A DNA stretch of 32,000 nucleotides. Source: Halalkalibacterium halodurans. GTDB lineage: Bacteria > Bacillota > Bacilli > Bacillales > Bacillaceae_D. Where the stretch lies: contig NZ_SNUY01000039.1 of the NCBI RefSeq assembly GCF_004376175.1, forward strand, positions 1 to 32,000, given 5' to 3'. A program made the translations under genes and the position numbers. Of the stretch, positions 17,988 to 26,248 are shown one piece after another. Position 1 is the stretch's first letter; every line of letters starts with the position of its first letter. The notes under the pieces are model-generated. The model did not search any database and was not told where the DNA came from. It was given only the letters and a program-made list of their open reading frames with translations.

Positions 17988-20142
17988 ACATCTCTTTTCC
18001 TTCGCTCATCATTTTCCCATTTTGCATTTGGGCAAGCAGCCAATAATAGTTCGTGGACACGATGAAAAACATGGAGGTTGCAGCCGCTACTACCCCTGAA
18101 TCGTTTAACAACAATAGGGCTACTGAAGCAACAATGCCCCCTTTTAAGAACAACGATTGACCAGCGTCATATTTTTTGGCACTTTGCGTCCAGATCAGAA
18201 CACCGAGAAGAAGGTAGCTCGTCACAAAAAGCTGTGTCCAGTTTGAATAGCGAAAAATCGTCATGTTCATGGCTACCTTTCGTTTCATTGTTTGAAGGAC
18301 GTACTGGATATCTCCAGAAAGCAGCCGCTCATACGCGTCACCTATATGTGTAGACGGGCTATTCATTTGTAAAACAAACAGTAACAAAAGGGTGATGAGA
18401 AGTGCGCCCCCACTCACAATGACTAAATTCCACTTTGACAGCTGTTTTCCAATGAGCGTATAACCGACAAAGGCACACGCAATCCCCGCCGACAGCGTAG
18501 CTCCAGCATTCGCTCCAAACTGACTCATTCCGAGCATCATGAGTGTAAATCCGCTCACCACAAACACAATCACTAGCCGTTTCCACAGCTCTGTTTGCCA
18601 AACAGCTCCTGTGATGAGAAGAACAGCTGCAGCTATGTACAATCCGGCAAATTCATTGCCAATCCCATAATAACGGGCCCCTATGATCGGATCATAGCCA
18701 AGATACGAAGTGGCAATGAACGGGCCACCGTTCATTAAATCTATGCTGATCGCAGCAAATAAAAGAAATCCTAAAAGCCAGATCGGTTGTGCGCTTAGTT
18801 GTGTCGCCGTCCACCCCAAAATAAGGGAACATCCAATAACCGTGAGCACGAAGAGATATGGGCCAACTTCGTGCACGAATGGCGTCAATACTAATAGCCA
18901 AAGTGGCGTACTAACGGCCGAAGCAAGAATCATTTTCATCCCTAATCGCCAGCGTGGGTTCCCTTTTTTTACCCAACTTCCGATGCTCGCCACAAGAAGC
19001 ATGACGACAAGCATTGTAATATAGCTAGATAAGACCGCCCCACGTGTACGAAAAATCGTAAATCGCTTATTCACTTCAGAGACAATTGCCTCTTTATCGT
19101 TTTCTACACTATCTACTTGAAACAGAAGGGGCCTCCCTGTCATTTGTGGGTCCGGACTAATATGAAAGTACGATAGGATCGTTGGCGCCACGTCAACATT
19201 GGCAAGTACATCAGACCTGCGAGTAGAAGCAGAATACGGACTACCTTTAAAGCCGCTGCCCCAAAAATAAGTGGGGGCTAAACGCTTCTTTTGCTTATAC
19301 GCCTCATCGTGCATGATCGGGGCAAGAAGCCATACATCAGAGGCAGAGCCTGTCGTCACGTTGTGAATAAATGTCTCTAGACGATAGAGCTCCTTAGCCC
19401 GCTTCTCTGCAAAAATAGCTGATGGCATGTTCTTTTTCTGATCAAATAATCGGTACAGATCCCCCCACTCAATTACAGTGAATGCTTTCGAATCGGTTTG
19501 GTCACGCAGCTTTGAGAGCAGTGCCTCTTCGTTCATCGCCATTCCGTGCGGTGCACTCATTAGGGCTCGTACCGTTCCTTGTAGATCACCGGTAGCCCTT
19601 CCTTGACCATCCATGACAAACAAAGATCCGTAACGATGTGGTTCTGTTGCCGTATCGCTATGTCCAAAAACGTTCATTGTCACATCGTGTTGCTTTAGTA
19701 ACGTTCCGAGTCGACCAACGAGATGGCCTTGAGCATTTTTTTTAACCAATTGAGGGAGGTAAGGATGAGAAAGCTGGCTTTCTTGCTTTTGACTAAGCCA
19801 CTGTTGCATGATGGCTTCCACCGGTTGTCCTAATACGAGCTCCCCTCGTTCAAACGCATTCCAATCACTTACCCCTTCTCCTCTCGCTCCAAGACTCAAT
19901 GTCACTGTACTATTTAGGTAAGAGTACGGACCATCGGATCGAATATTCATCGCCGCCAAGTGTCCCGTTTCCCACATATCTGAATGCTGCCCATGTTCTA
20001 ACAACCACTCTACTTCATCAAAAGAAAGGGATGGAACGAGAAGAAGAATCAGATTGCTTGTTTCATGTTCAAAGGCTTCAGCTAGCGACGAACACCCTAA
20101 AATTAACATTGATGCTAATAAACACGAATAAAACCATTTCAT
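17986..20142 (-). CDS. Predicted lipoprotein with ~350-aa extracytoplasmic domain fused to a ~11-TM C-terminal domain; function unknown
   Basis: Signal peptide with lipobox MLILGC. The extracytoplasmic part ends with STRRSDVLANVDVAPTILSYF, reminiscent of the alkaline-phosphatase/PPase-superfamily C-terminal motif. The usual N-terminal metal-binding Asp context is not evident (LLLVPSLSF). The C-terminal half is polytopic. Confidence 0.8.
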   Translation of the reverse strand: MKWFYSCLLASMLILGCSSLAEAFEHETSNLILLLVPSLSFDEVEWLLEHGQHSDMWETGHLAAMNIRSDGPYSYLNSTVTLSLGARGEGVSDWNAFERGELVLGQPVEAIMQQWLSQKQESQLSHPYLPQLVKKNAQGHLVGRLGTLLKQHDVTMNVFGHSDTATEPHRYGSLFVMDGQGRATGDLQGTVRALMSAPHGMAMNEEALLSKLRDQTDSKAFTVIEWGDLYRLFDQKKNMPSAIFAEKRAKELYRLETFIHNVTTGSASDVWLLAPIMHDEAYKQKKRLAPTYFWGSGFKGSPYSASTRRSDVLANVDVAPTILSYFHISPDPQMTGRPLLFQVDSVENDKEAIVSEVNKRFTIFRTRGAVLSSYITMLVVMLLVASIGSWVKKGNPRWRLGMKMILASAVSTPLWLLVLTPFVHEVGPYLFVLTVIGCSLILGWTATQLSAQPIWLLGFLLFAAISIDLMNGGPFIATSYLGYDPIIGARYYGIGNEFAGLYIAAAVLLITGAVWQTELWKRLVIVFVVSGFTLMMLGMSQFGANAGATLSAGIACAFVGYTLIGKQLSKWNLVIVSGGALLITLLLLFVLQMNSPSTHIGDAYERLLSGDIQYVLQTMKRKVAMNMTIFRYSNWTQLFVTSYLLLGVLIWTQSAKKYDAGQSLFLKGGIVASVALLLLNDSGVVAAATSMFFIVSTNYYWLLAQMQNGKMMSEGKEM

Positions 20143-20173
20143 GATAAATGCCCCACTTTAGCGATTTTTCTAC

Positions 20174-20357
20174 ATATCCACATTTTTCACAGGATTACTC
20201 ACAGATAAAATTAAGTTTTTACAAGGAAAATAGGTGTTATCCCCAAAACACCCCATTTATACACAGCATTTTTGTGCACAACTTAAAGTCCATTCCGTTC
20301 CCTATTTTTATTAGTTTTCCACTTCATCCACATGTTTGTGGATAAATATTATCCGGA
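20174..20357. promoter_or_regulatory. DnaA-box cluster
   Basis: - One perfect box: TGTGGATAA (20337-20345).
- Four one-mismatch boxes: ATATCCACA 20174-20182, TTATCCCCA 20237-20245, TTATACACA 20257-20265, TCATCCACA 20324-20332.
- Four two-mismatch boxes: 20183-20191, 20195-20203, 20272-20280, 20349-20357. Confidence 0.75.
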
Positions 20358-20421
20358 CGATAGTCGGGACTTTTTTTCCTTAAATCCTCTAAAGAAAGAA
20401 AACTTACCGATGTCATAACAA

Positions 20422-20459
20422 TTAAAAACCCCTTTCTAGTTTTTACTCCTAGAAAGGGG
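20422..20459 (-). terminator. Rho-independent terminator of the thiL-tsaEBD operon
   Basis: CCCCTTTCTAG (20429-20439) pairs with CTAGAAAGGGG (20449-20459), a perfect 11-bp stem. On the minus strand it is followed by TTTTTAATT. Confidence 0.85.
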
Positions 20460-20470
20460 TTATACATCGG

Positions 20471-21487
20471 TTAATCGTTCTCTAGCTCTAAACTTGGCTG
20501 GCCGTTTAAATCCATACCAGCAAACGTCTGTTGCTTGAATTTTATACTTGCTGCTGCACCAATCATGGCGGCGTTGTCTGTACAAAGTGAAAGAGGAGGA
20601 ATCACTAAATCGATTGGCTCTTTAAAAAATGCTTCCTCTAGAGCAGTACGTAATCCTTTGTTGGCAGCAACTCCACCCGCAAGGAGCACCTGTCTGACCT
20701 TATACTCTTCTGCTGCTTTTTTCGTTTTTGTCACTAGTACATCAATCACACTGGCTTGAAAGCTGGCCGCTACATCCTCTGCCTGAACGTTTTCTCCTCG
20801 CTGCTTTGCATTGTGGAGCGTATTAATCACGGCTGACTTTAAGCCACTGAAGCTAAAGTCGAACGAGTCAGGCTCCAGCCACGCCCGAGGAAATTGGAGC
20901 GTATCCTCCCCGTTTACCGCTAGTCGGTCGATATGCGGGCCACCTGGATACGGAAGACCTAATGTTCGGGCCACTTTATCATACGCTTCCCCTACTGCAT
21001 CGTCACGAGTTTCACCAATCACTTCAAACTCCCCGTGATTCTCCATATAGATCAATTCGGTATGGCCGCCGGAAACGACAAGGGCTAGTAGAGGGAACTC
21101 TAGCTCCTTTAGCAGGCGATTAGCATAAATATGCCCAGCAATGTGATGGACTCCGATAAGAGGGAGTTGATGGGCAAAGGCGATCGCTTTGGCCGCATTG
21201 ACACCAATGAGCAAAGCTCCAACAAGTCCAGGCCCTTCGGTAACAGCAACCGCTGCTAGGTCAGCAAAGTCCACTCCCGCCTCATGCATCGCCTCCTCCA
21301 CAATGACTGTAATTTGTTCCACATGATGGCGGGAGGCGATCTCAGGGACAACACCGCCAAACCTTTTATGGCTATCAATTTGCGACGAAACAACATTACT
21401 TAAAATGGTGGTTCCATTTTCAATCACAGCTGCCGATGTTTCATCACAACTCGTTTCAATCGCTAAAATTAATTCTCGTTCATTCAT
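20471..21487 (-). CDS. tsaD: tRNA N6-threonylcarbamoyladenosine synthesis protein TsaD (Gcp/Kae1 family)
   Basis: [15 protein letters not shown] and the HH motif (HIAGH) are present. ATG 21487 overlaps the rimI stop (ATGA), so the 5-codon extension in the track is rejected. Confidence 0.95.
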   Translation of the reverse strand: MNERELILAIETSCDETSAAVIENGTTILSNVVSSQIDSHKRFGGVVPEIASRHHVEQITVIVEEAMHEAGVDFADLAAVAVTEGPGLVGALLIGVNAAKAIAFAHQLPLIGVHHIAGHIYANRLLKELEFPLLALVVSGGHTELIYMENHGEFEVIGETRDDAVGEAYDKVARTLGLPYPGGPHIDRLAVNGEDTLQFPRAWLEPDSFDFSFSGLKSAVINTLHNAKQRGENVQAEDVAASFQASVIDVLVTKTKKAAEEYKVRQVLLAGGVAANKGLRTALEEAFFKEPIDLVIPPLSLCTDNAAMIGAAASIKFKQQTFAGMDLNGQPSLELEND

Positions 21488-21948
21488 GACAACATCACCC
21501 ACATGACTAGTGCGTCCTCTTGATTATCGGTATAGTAGTTTTTCCGAATGCCCCCGGCTTGAAACCCAAATTTACGGTAAAGTCGTTGAGCAATTTCGTT
21601 TGAGATTCGCACTTCTAATGATAATTTTTTCGCTCCCAATAATCGGGCAAATTCCAGGATGTATCGAAGCAAAGCCTCACCGCGCTTTTCCCCACGATAG
21701 TCGGGATGGATCGCAATATTAGTAATATGAGATTCATCATAAACGACCCAAACACCACAATACCCGACAATTTGCTCCCCTACTTCATATACGACATAGC
21801 GGGCAAATTGATTATTTGTAACTTCATTTATGAACGCTTCTCGACTCCACGGAACGGTAAATGTTTGCTCTTCTACACGAACCACCGCATCCACATCATC
21901 AACAGTCATAAAGCGGATGCGCTCTTTCTTCTCAGCCATTGTTTTCAT
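21484..21948 (-). CDS. rimI: Ribosomal-protein-alanine N-acetyltransferase RimI (GNAT)
   Basis: [32 protein letters not shown]...[17 protein letters not shown] matches RimI. The start is chosen at MKTMAEKK (21948) by analogy with B. subtilis YdiD; ATG 21939 is also possible. The track start 22017 lies deep inside tsaB. Confidence 0.88.
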   Translation of the reverse strand: MKTMAEKKERIRFMTVDDVDAVVRVEEQTFTVPWSREAFINEVTNNQFARYVVYEVGEQIVGYCGVWVVYDESHITNIAIHPDYRGEKRGEALLRYILEFARLLGAKKLSLEVRISNEIAQRLYRKFGFQAGGIRKNYYTDNQEDALVMWVMLS

Positions 21949-22642
21949 CCTGCCGTTTCGCTTCACGCCATTTTGCTTCTGCTTCTGCCAATTGCAAATA
22001 GCTTGGTGCAAATGCATGAAGGTTTTCTATCGGTGAACGCTGTTGTCCTAAACGGCCAAGCTCCGCAGGACGAGGTAACGAGTGCGTGAACGCGGCCCTT
22101 TTCACTTTTTCACCAAGCACAGCCGCAAATGTATCGTAATGCATGCTCACATCCTGACCGATCAGGAGCACATCTTCGCCTGCTTTAGCTAACATTCTCG
22201 CTAGATCTCCTGCCAAAATCAGTCGGTCTGCTTCAACCACGTCTACTTCTTTCCCATTCCATCGATACGTCCCACTGTAAATTTGCCCCCGTCTCGCATC
22301 AATTAACGGGACAATTAATTCTTTCGCATAGTAGCCGTGCTGTGCCATCACCTCAAGACTCGACACCCCCACTAGCGAGATACCTAACGACCAAGCCAAC
22401 GTTTTGGCTGTTGTCACTCCAATACGAACCCCTGTATAAGAACCCGGCCCTTGGGCGACAACGATCCGCTCAAGCTCATTAGGAGCTACGCCCACTTCCT
22501 TCATTAATGACTCGATTGCAGGCATGAGTCGCAGTGAATGATTTTTTTTAAGGTTTGTCGTCACTTCTCCTACTAACTGGTTACCGTCCAAAATGGCAAC
22601 TCCCATTACATAGGTGGACGTATCAATCGCTAACGTCTTCAT
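21932..22642 (-). CDS. tsaB: t6A synthesis protein TsaB (YeaZ family)
   Basis: MKTLAIDTST...GPGSYTGVRIG motif, with operon context between tsaE and rimI. Confidence 0.9.
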   Translation of the reverse strand: MKTLAIDTSTYVMGVAILDGNQLVGEVTTNLKKNHSLRLMPAIESLMKEVGVAPNELERIVVAQGPGSYTGVRIGVTTAKTLAWSLGISLVGVSSLEVMAQHGYYAKELIVPLIDARRGQIYSGTYRWNGKEVDVVEADRLILAGDLARMLAKAGEDVLLIGQDVSMHYDTFAAVLGEKVKRAAFTHSLPRPAELGRLGQQRSPIENLHAFAPSYLQLAEAEAKWREAKRQDENNG

Positions 22643-23096
22643 GATCCAATAACTCCTTTAATACCTCTTCCCAGCGCTCTCCGTAGGCTGTAAATGAAAG
22701 CTGGCGTTCGTTTTCCCCTGCATGAGTAATCGTAATCGCTAAGCGAACAGGAGGCAGCCGCCCTTCAATCAAGCTGGCCCATTCCACGACCGTCACTCCA
22801 TCCCCGTGGAAATATTCATCAAATCCAAGGTCCTCTTCCTCTTCATTTAATCGATAAACATCCATATGATAGAGGGGTAATCGTCCTTTGTATTCACGAA
22901 TAATTGTAAACGTCGGGCTCTTGACGACACGTTTTATGCCTAAGCCAAGAGCAAGTCCTTTTGTAAAGCTTGTTTTCCCTGCACCCAAATCTCCTTCTAG
23001 TGTAATCACATCTCCGGCAAGAAGCTTGTCTGCTAGCTTTTGCGCAAATGCCATTGTAGCCTCAGGCGACTGGGTTATCATCATCAACCGTTTCAT
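22623..23096 (-). CDS. tsaE: t6A synthesis ATPase TsaE (YjeE family)
   Basis: P-loop GDLGAGKTSFTKG and SPTFTI motif; 157 aa. Confidence 0.9.
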   Translation of the reverse strand: MKRLMMITQSPEATMAFAQKLADKLLAGDVITLEGDLGAGKTSFTKGLALGLGIKRVVKSPTFTIIREYKGRLPLYHMDVYRLNEEEEDLGFDEYFHGDGVTVVEWASLIEGRLPPVRLAITITHAGENERQLSFTAYGERWEEVLKELLDHEDVSD

Positions 23097-23107
23097 TCCA
23101 TCACCTT

Positions 23108-24094
23108 TTATTTTGCGAAATGATTATATCCACTTTTTTTCAATACGCTACGGGCCGTCCCTTCCTCCAACTCAACAACAGGACTCCCCGCCTCTACATA
23201 GCCGATCTCAGTCAAGGAAATCCCTCGCTGTATAGCTAGCTGTTGCAAAGAAGCAAAAGCGTCGACCGCTGCCGTACCAATCAATTGAAAATCTTCGCCA
23301 CCAAACAGCGCCCATTCAAGCTGTTGTTCCTTTGAAAAGGTCTCCATAGCAGGGTGGAGGGGAATGGTGTTAGCTTTGAGCACAAGCTTCACTTTACTTG
23401 CCTGTGCTAATTCATTGGCCTCGCTTGCCACCCCGTCGCTCACATCGTTGAGGGCGATCCGATAGCCCGAACGAGCAAATAGGTGCCCTGCTTCCACCTG
23501 CGGCTGTGGCTGTTGATGGGCTAGAACGAGTAGCTCCTCTTCTTCTGTAAAGGGACCGTGAAGGCCTTTTTTATTTAAAAGCTCTAACCCTGCGGCAGAT
23601 TGACCGACCGTACCTGTCAGGAAGACTACATCCCCTGGCCGAGCACGTTGCCGAAGCAAGCGAGTTCCTTTCGGGACATGCCCTACCGCTGTTACCGTCA
23701 CGACAAGCTTTTCATTCGTCGAGACCGTATCTCCACCAATTAAATCCATTCGGTAGGGCGCTGCGCACTCAGCCATCCCTCTATAAAGAGTTTTAATCTC
23801 CCGATCAGACCATTGGGGAGGGACCGCAATGGACACGAGATAAAACTTTGGCGTAGCCCCCATCGCCGCTAAGTCGCTTATGTTGATCGCTAACGATTTG
23901 TATCCAATTTGAAAAGGCGTTAACGTGTCACGCCTGAAATGAATCTCTTCCACCATCGTGTCCACACAGAGCACTTCCTCCATTTCAGGTGCTCCTTCAT
24001 AAATCGCAGCATCATCACCAATTCCAACATGCAATGAAGGTTGATGAACGTTTGCCGGAGAGATTGAACGAATAAGTGAAAACTCATCGCGCAT
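23108..24094 (-). CDS. thiL: Thiamine-monophosphate kinase ThiL
   Basis: EFSLI...GIGDDAA and the AIR-synthase-like fold motifs are present. The track GTG 24103 lies inside GGAGGTG. ATG 24094, 9 nt after GGAGG, is preferred. Confidence 0.9.
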   Translation of the reverse strand: MRDEFSLIRSISPANVHQPSLHVGIGDDAAIYEGAPEMEEVLCVDTMVEEIHFRRDTLTPFQIGYKSLAINISDLAAMGATPKFYLVSIAVPPQWSDREIKTLYRGMAECAAPYRMDLIGGDTVSTNEKLVVTVTAVGHVPKGTRLLRQRARPGDVVFLTGTVGQSAAGLELLNKKGLHGPFTEEEELLVLAHQQPQPQVEAGHLFARSGYRIALNDVSDGVASEANELAQASKVKLVLKANTIPLHPAMETFSKEQQLEWALFGGEDFQLIGTAAVDAFASLQQLAIQRGISLTEIGYVEAGSPVVELEEGTARSVLKKSGYNHFAK

Positions 24095-24214
24095 GGGGAT
24101 CACCTCCTTATGAAGCCCTTATCCGATCTGTTTCATCCTCTATTAGTGTAGCCGATTTTCTCTCCGTTCCCAAGCATAAAAGCAAAAATCTGTCCCCAGC
24201 ACAAAAGAAGACAG

Positions 24215-24246
24215 TAAAAAATCCCCATTCTTCCACGAATGAGGAT
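24215..24246 (-). terminator. Rho-independent terminator after tRNA-fMet
   Basis: The minus strand reads ATCCTCATTC-GTGGAA-GAATGGGGAT (10 bp, one G-U) followed by TTTTTTAC. Confidence 0.8.
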
Positions 24247-24254
24247 ATTTGGTA

Positions 24255-24328
<74 letters not shown>

Positions 24329-24446
24329 TCGTTATAAAGTAAATGGATGTTGTTGTTCCTAAGGTCGCTTTCTCGGCAGATGCTTCGCTCGTTGCTCCAC
24401 CCTGCGTCCTAATGATGTTGTTTCTATAATGGATGCAGTTAAAGCT

Positions 24447-24563
24447 GCTTGGCAACGTCCTACTCTCGCAGGGGCAAGGCCCCAACTACCATCGGCGCTG
24501 AAGAGCTTAACGACCGTGTTCGGCATGGGAACGGGTGTGGCCTCTTCGCTATCGCCACCAAAC
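24447..24563 (-). rRNA. rrf: 5S ribosomal RNA (full length)
   Basis: The minus strand reads GTTTGGTGGCGATAGCGAAGAGGCCACACCCGTTCCCATGCCGAACACGGTCGTTAAGCTCTTCAGCGCCGATGGTAGTTGGGGCCTTGCCCCTGCGAGAGTAGGACGTTGCCAAGC. It is collinear with Bacillus 5S rRNA. Confidence 0.95.
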
Positions 24564-24585
24564 AGTTTTTTTGACTGCAAAATAA

Positions 24586-24614
24586 ATAATACCACACTGT
24601 TACATTCAATGCAA
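24586..24614 (-). promoter_or_regulatory. Sigma-A promoter directly upstream of the 5S rRNA gene
   Basis: On the minus strand: TTGCAT (24614-24609), a 17-nt spacer ending in TGG (extended -10), then TATTAT (24591-24586). An A/T-rich UP-like tract lies upstream. The predicted leader to the mature 5S 5' end is only ~16 nt. Confidence 0.6.
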
Positions 24615-24728
24615 GGTCTTTCTCAATATTTTTTTCAATTAATCTATTGCACAATTTAAAGTTCGGTAGTATGATTAAAAACATTCCAATACTTTCATTG
24701 CTTTTTAGTTTAAAAAGGAGGGAATGTC

Positions 24729-24887
24729 ATGGCTAAGATCTTCTGGCAAGGAGCTCGCATCATGATATTAACGCCGGTTGGGCTCGTCTTAACCGCCTTA
24801 TTTTTACCCGTACTCCTATTTACCGATCAAATTCTGTTACTACAAGATTTCTTTGAATTTATCTTTCATACTCACAATAAGTCCTGA
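24729..24887 (+). CDS. Small hypothetical membrane peptide (52 aa), below the ORF-track cutoff
   Basis: AAAGGAGGG lies 6 nt before ATG 24729. The product is MAKIFWQGARIMILTPVGLVLTALFLPVLLFTDQILLLQDFFEFIFHTHNKS. TGA is at 24885-24887, followed by a strong terminator. Confidence 0.45.
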   Translation: MAKIFWQGARIMILTPVGLVLTALFLPVLLFTDQILLLQDFFEFIFHTHNKS

Positions 24888-24891
24888 CGAA

Positions 24892-24921
24892 AAAAGCTGG
24901 CTCCTTTAAGAGCCAGCTTTT
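24892..24921. terminator. Bidirectional rho-independent terminator
   Basis: AGCTGGCTC (24895-24903) pairs with GAGCCAGCT (24910-24918). It is flanked by AAAAA and TTTTTT. The stop codon of the minus-strand PLP enzyme gene lies in the loop. Confidence 0.85.
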
Positions 24922-26063
24922 TTAATGGCCTTATCGAACGCGGCCATGATGTCTTCAATATCTTCAATGCCAACCGAAATTCTTACTAGTTGCTTGTCGA
25001 TTCCTAACTCTTGTCGAAGCGACTCTGGCACTGTTCGATGAGACGTTTGAATCGGATAAGACACGGTTGTTTCAACACCTGCTAATGTTGGTGCAATTTT
25101 CACCCAGTCTAATGATTCAAAAAAGGTTGCTGCCTCTACCTTTTCGGCTAGGCGTATCGTCACTATTGCCCCATTGCCGCGTTTCGATACAGTCGTCGGG
25201 TAGAACACTTGGGAAACCCCTGGATGGTCCGCAAAAAATGTGGCGAGAGCTTGAGCATTTTCCCCTTGTCGTCCCATTCTTAATGCCAATGTTTTTAATC
25301 CTCTCGAAGCGAGCCACGCTTCAAATGGGCTTAAGTTGCAACCCAAAGTCGCGACTTTTTGCCGAACTTGCTGAATGATTTCTGCAGATCCTACGACGAC
25401 ACCCGCTGTCACATCACTATGCCCGCCAATATATTTGGTTGCACTATGGACGACTACATCTACACCACATGTTAAAGGTTGAACAAAGTAAGGTGTGGCA
25501 AACGTATTATCAATAACAGTTGAAAGGCCGTGTTCCTTTCCTAGTTCAACGACCTGATAAATATCTTCCACCCGTAGCAATGGATTGGTGACTGTCTCTG
25601 AATAGAGCACTTTCGTTTCTTTTCGAATCGCACGTTTCACCACTTCACGGTCTTGAAATGGAACAAAGCTGACATCGATTCCTAGCTTCGGAAGCTCCTC
25701 CGCCAACAGTTGATAAGTCCCACCATACAAATCATTCGCGGCGATCAAGTGATCTCCTTTTTCAAGTAAAGCTAGGAGTGCGACTAAAATGGCTGACATT
25801 CCTGCTGATGTGGCTACGCCATCCTCTGCCTGCTCTAAAGAAGCCACCCCTTTGCCAAGGTCATCACTGTTTGGATTCCCATACCTTGTGTACAAATACT
25901 CCTTTTCCCCTCGGTAGAAGCTTTCCATATCATCTAAGTCTTGAAACACGAATGCAGATGTTTGATAAATGGGCTTAGATTTACTACGGTTTTTGCTTAT
26001 TTCTTTTTCTGTAAAGTGAACCGATTTTGTTGCAAATTTTTTCTCTCTCATACTCCTAGCCAC
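24906..26063 (-). CDS. PLP-dependent Cys/Met-metabolism enzyme (cystathionine gamma-synthase / gamma-lyase / beta-lyase family)
   Basis: 385 aa. The PLP-lysine motif is SATKYIGGHSDV, and the N-terminal YTRYGNPN motif is typical of the family. Subfamily cannot be assigned by eye. Confidence 0.9.
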   Translation of the reverse strand: MARSMREKKFATKSVHFTEKEISKNRSKSKPIYQTSAFVFQDLDDMESFYRGEKEYLYTRYGNPNSDDLGKGVASLEQAEDGVATSAGMSAILVALLALLEKGDHLIAANDLYGGTYQLLAEELPKLGIDVSFVPFQDREVVKRAIRKETKVLYSETVTNPLLRVEDIYQVVELGKEHGLSTVIDNTFATPYFVQPLTCGVDVVVHSATKYIGGHSDVTAGVVVGSAEIIQQVRQKVATLGCNLSPFEAWLASRGLKTLALRMGRQGENAQALATFFADHPGVSQVFYPTTVSKRGNGAIVTIRLAEKVEAATFFESLDWVKIAPTLAGVETTVSYPIQTSHRTVPESLRQELGIDKQLVRISVGIEDIEDIMAAFDKAIKKAGS

Positions 26064-26248
26064 CTTGTTTGCTTTTCTTTAGATTGTACAAAAGTTCTGC
26101 TTCTTCTGACAAGGATCGCTTTTTGATTTCAAGTTATTGGTTCTTGTCCAATAAGTTCTGGCATACTAATGAAAAAAGCCCACACTCTTTTCAAAAGGAC
26201 CATTTCCAGTTACACTTTTGTAAAAAACGACCTTAAGGAGGTACTACC

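Noticed and set aside
20148-20345. 65-aa plus-strand ORF (MPHFSDFSTYPHFSQDY...HPHVCG) between the 718-aa gene and tsaD.
   Set aside because: Its repetitive YPH/HPH content is a translation artefact of the repeated TTATCCACA-like DnaA boxes. It has no SD.
24359-24684. Three ORFs (24359..24595 -, 24429..24659 +, 24460..24684 -) across the rRNA locus.
   Set aside because: They overlap a full-length 5S rRNA gene and its promoter, so they are spurious translations of structural RNA.
26064-26248. Expected S-box/T-box riboswitch upstream of the Cys/Met PLP enzyme, or M-box upstream of the MgtC-family gene.
   Set aside because: The shared intergenic region is only 185 bp and lacks the conserved cores of these riboswitches as far as I can recognise them by eye. 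An Rfam scan would be decisive.
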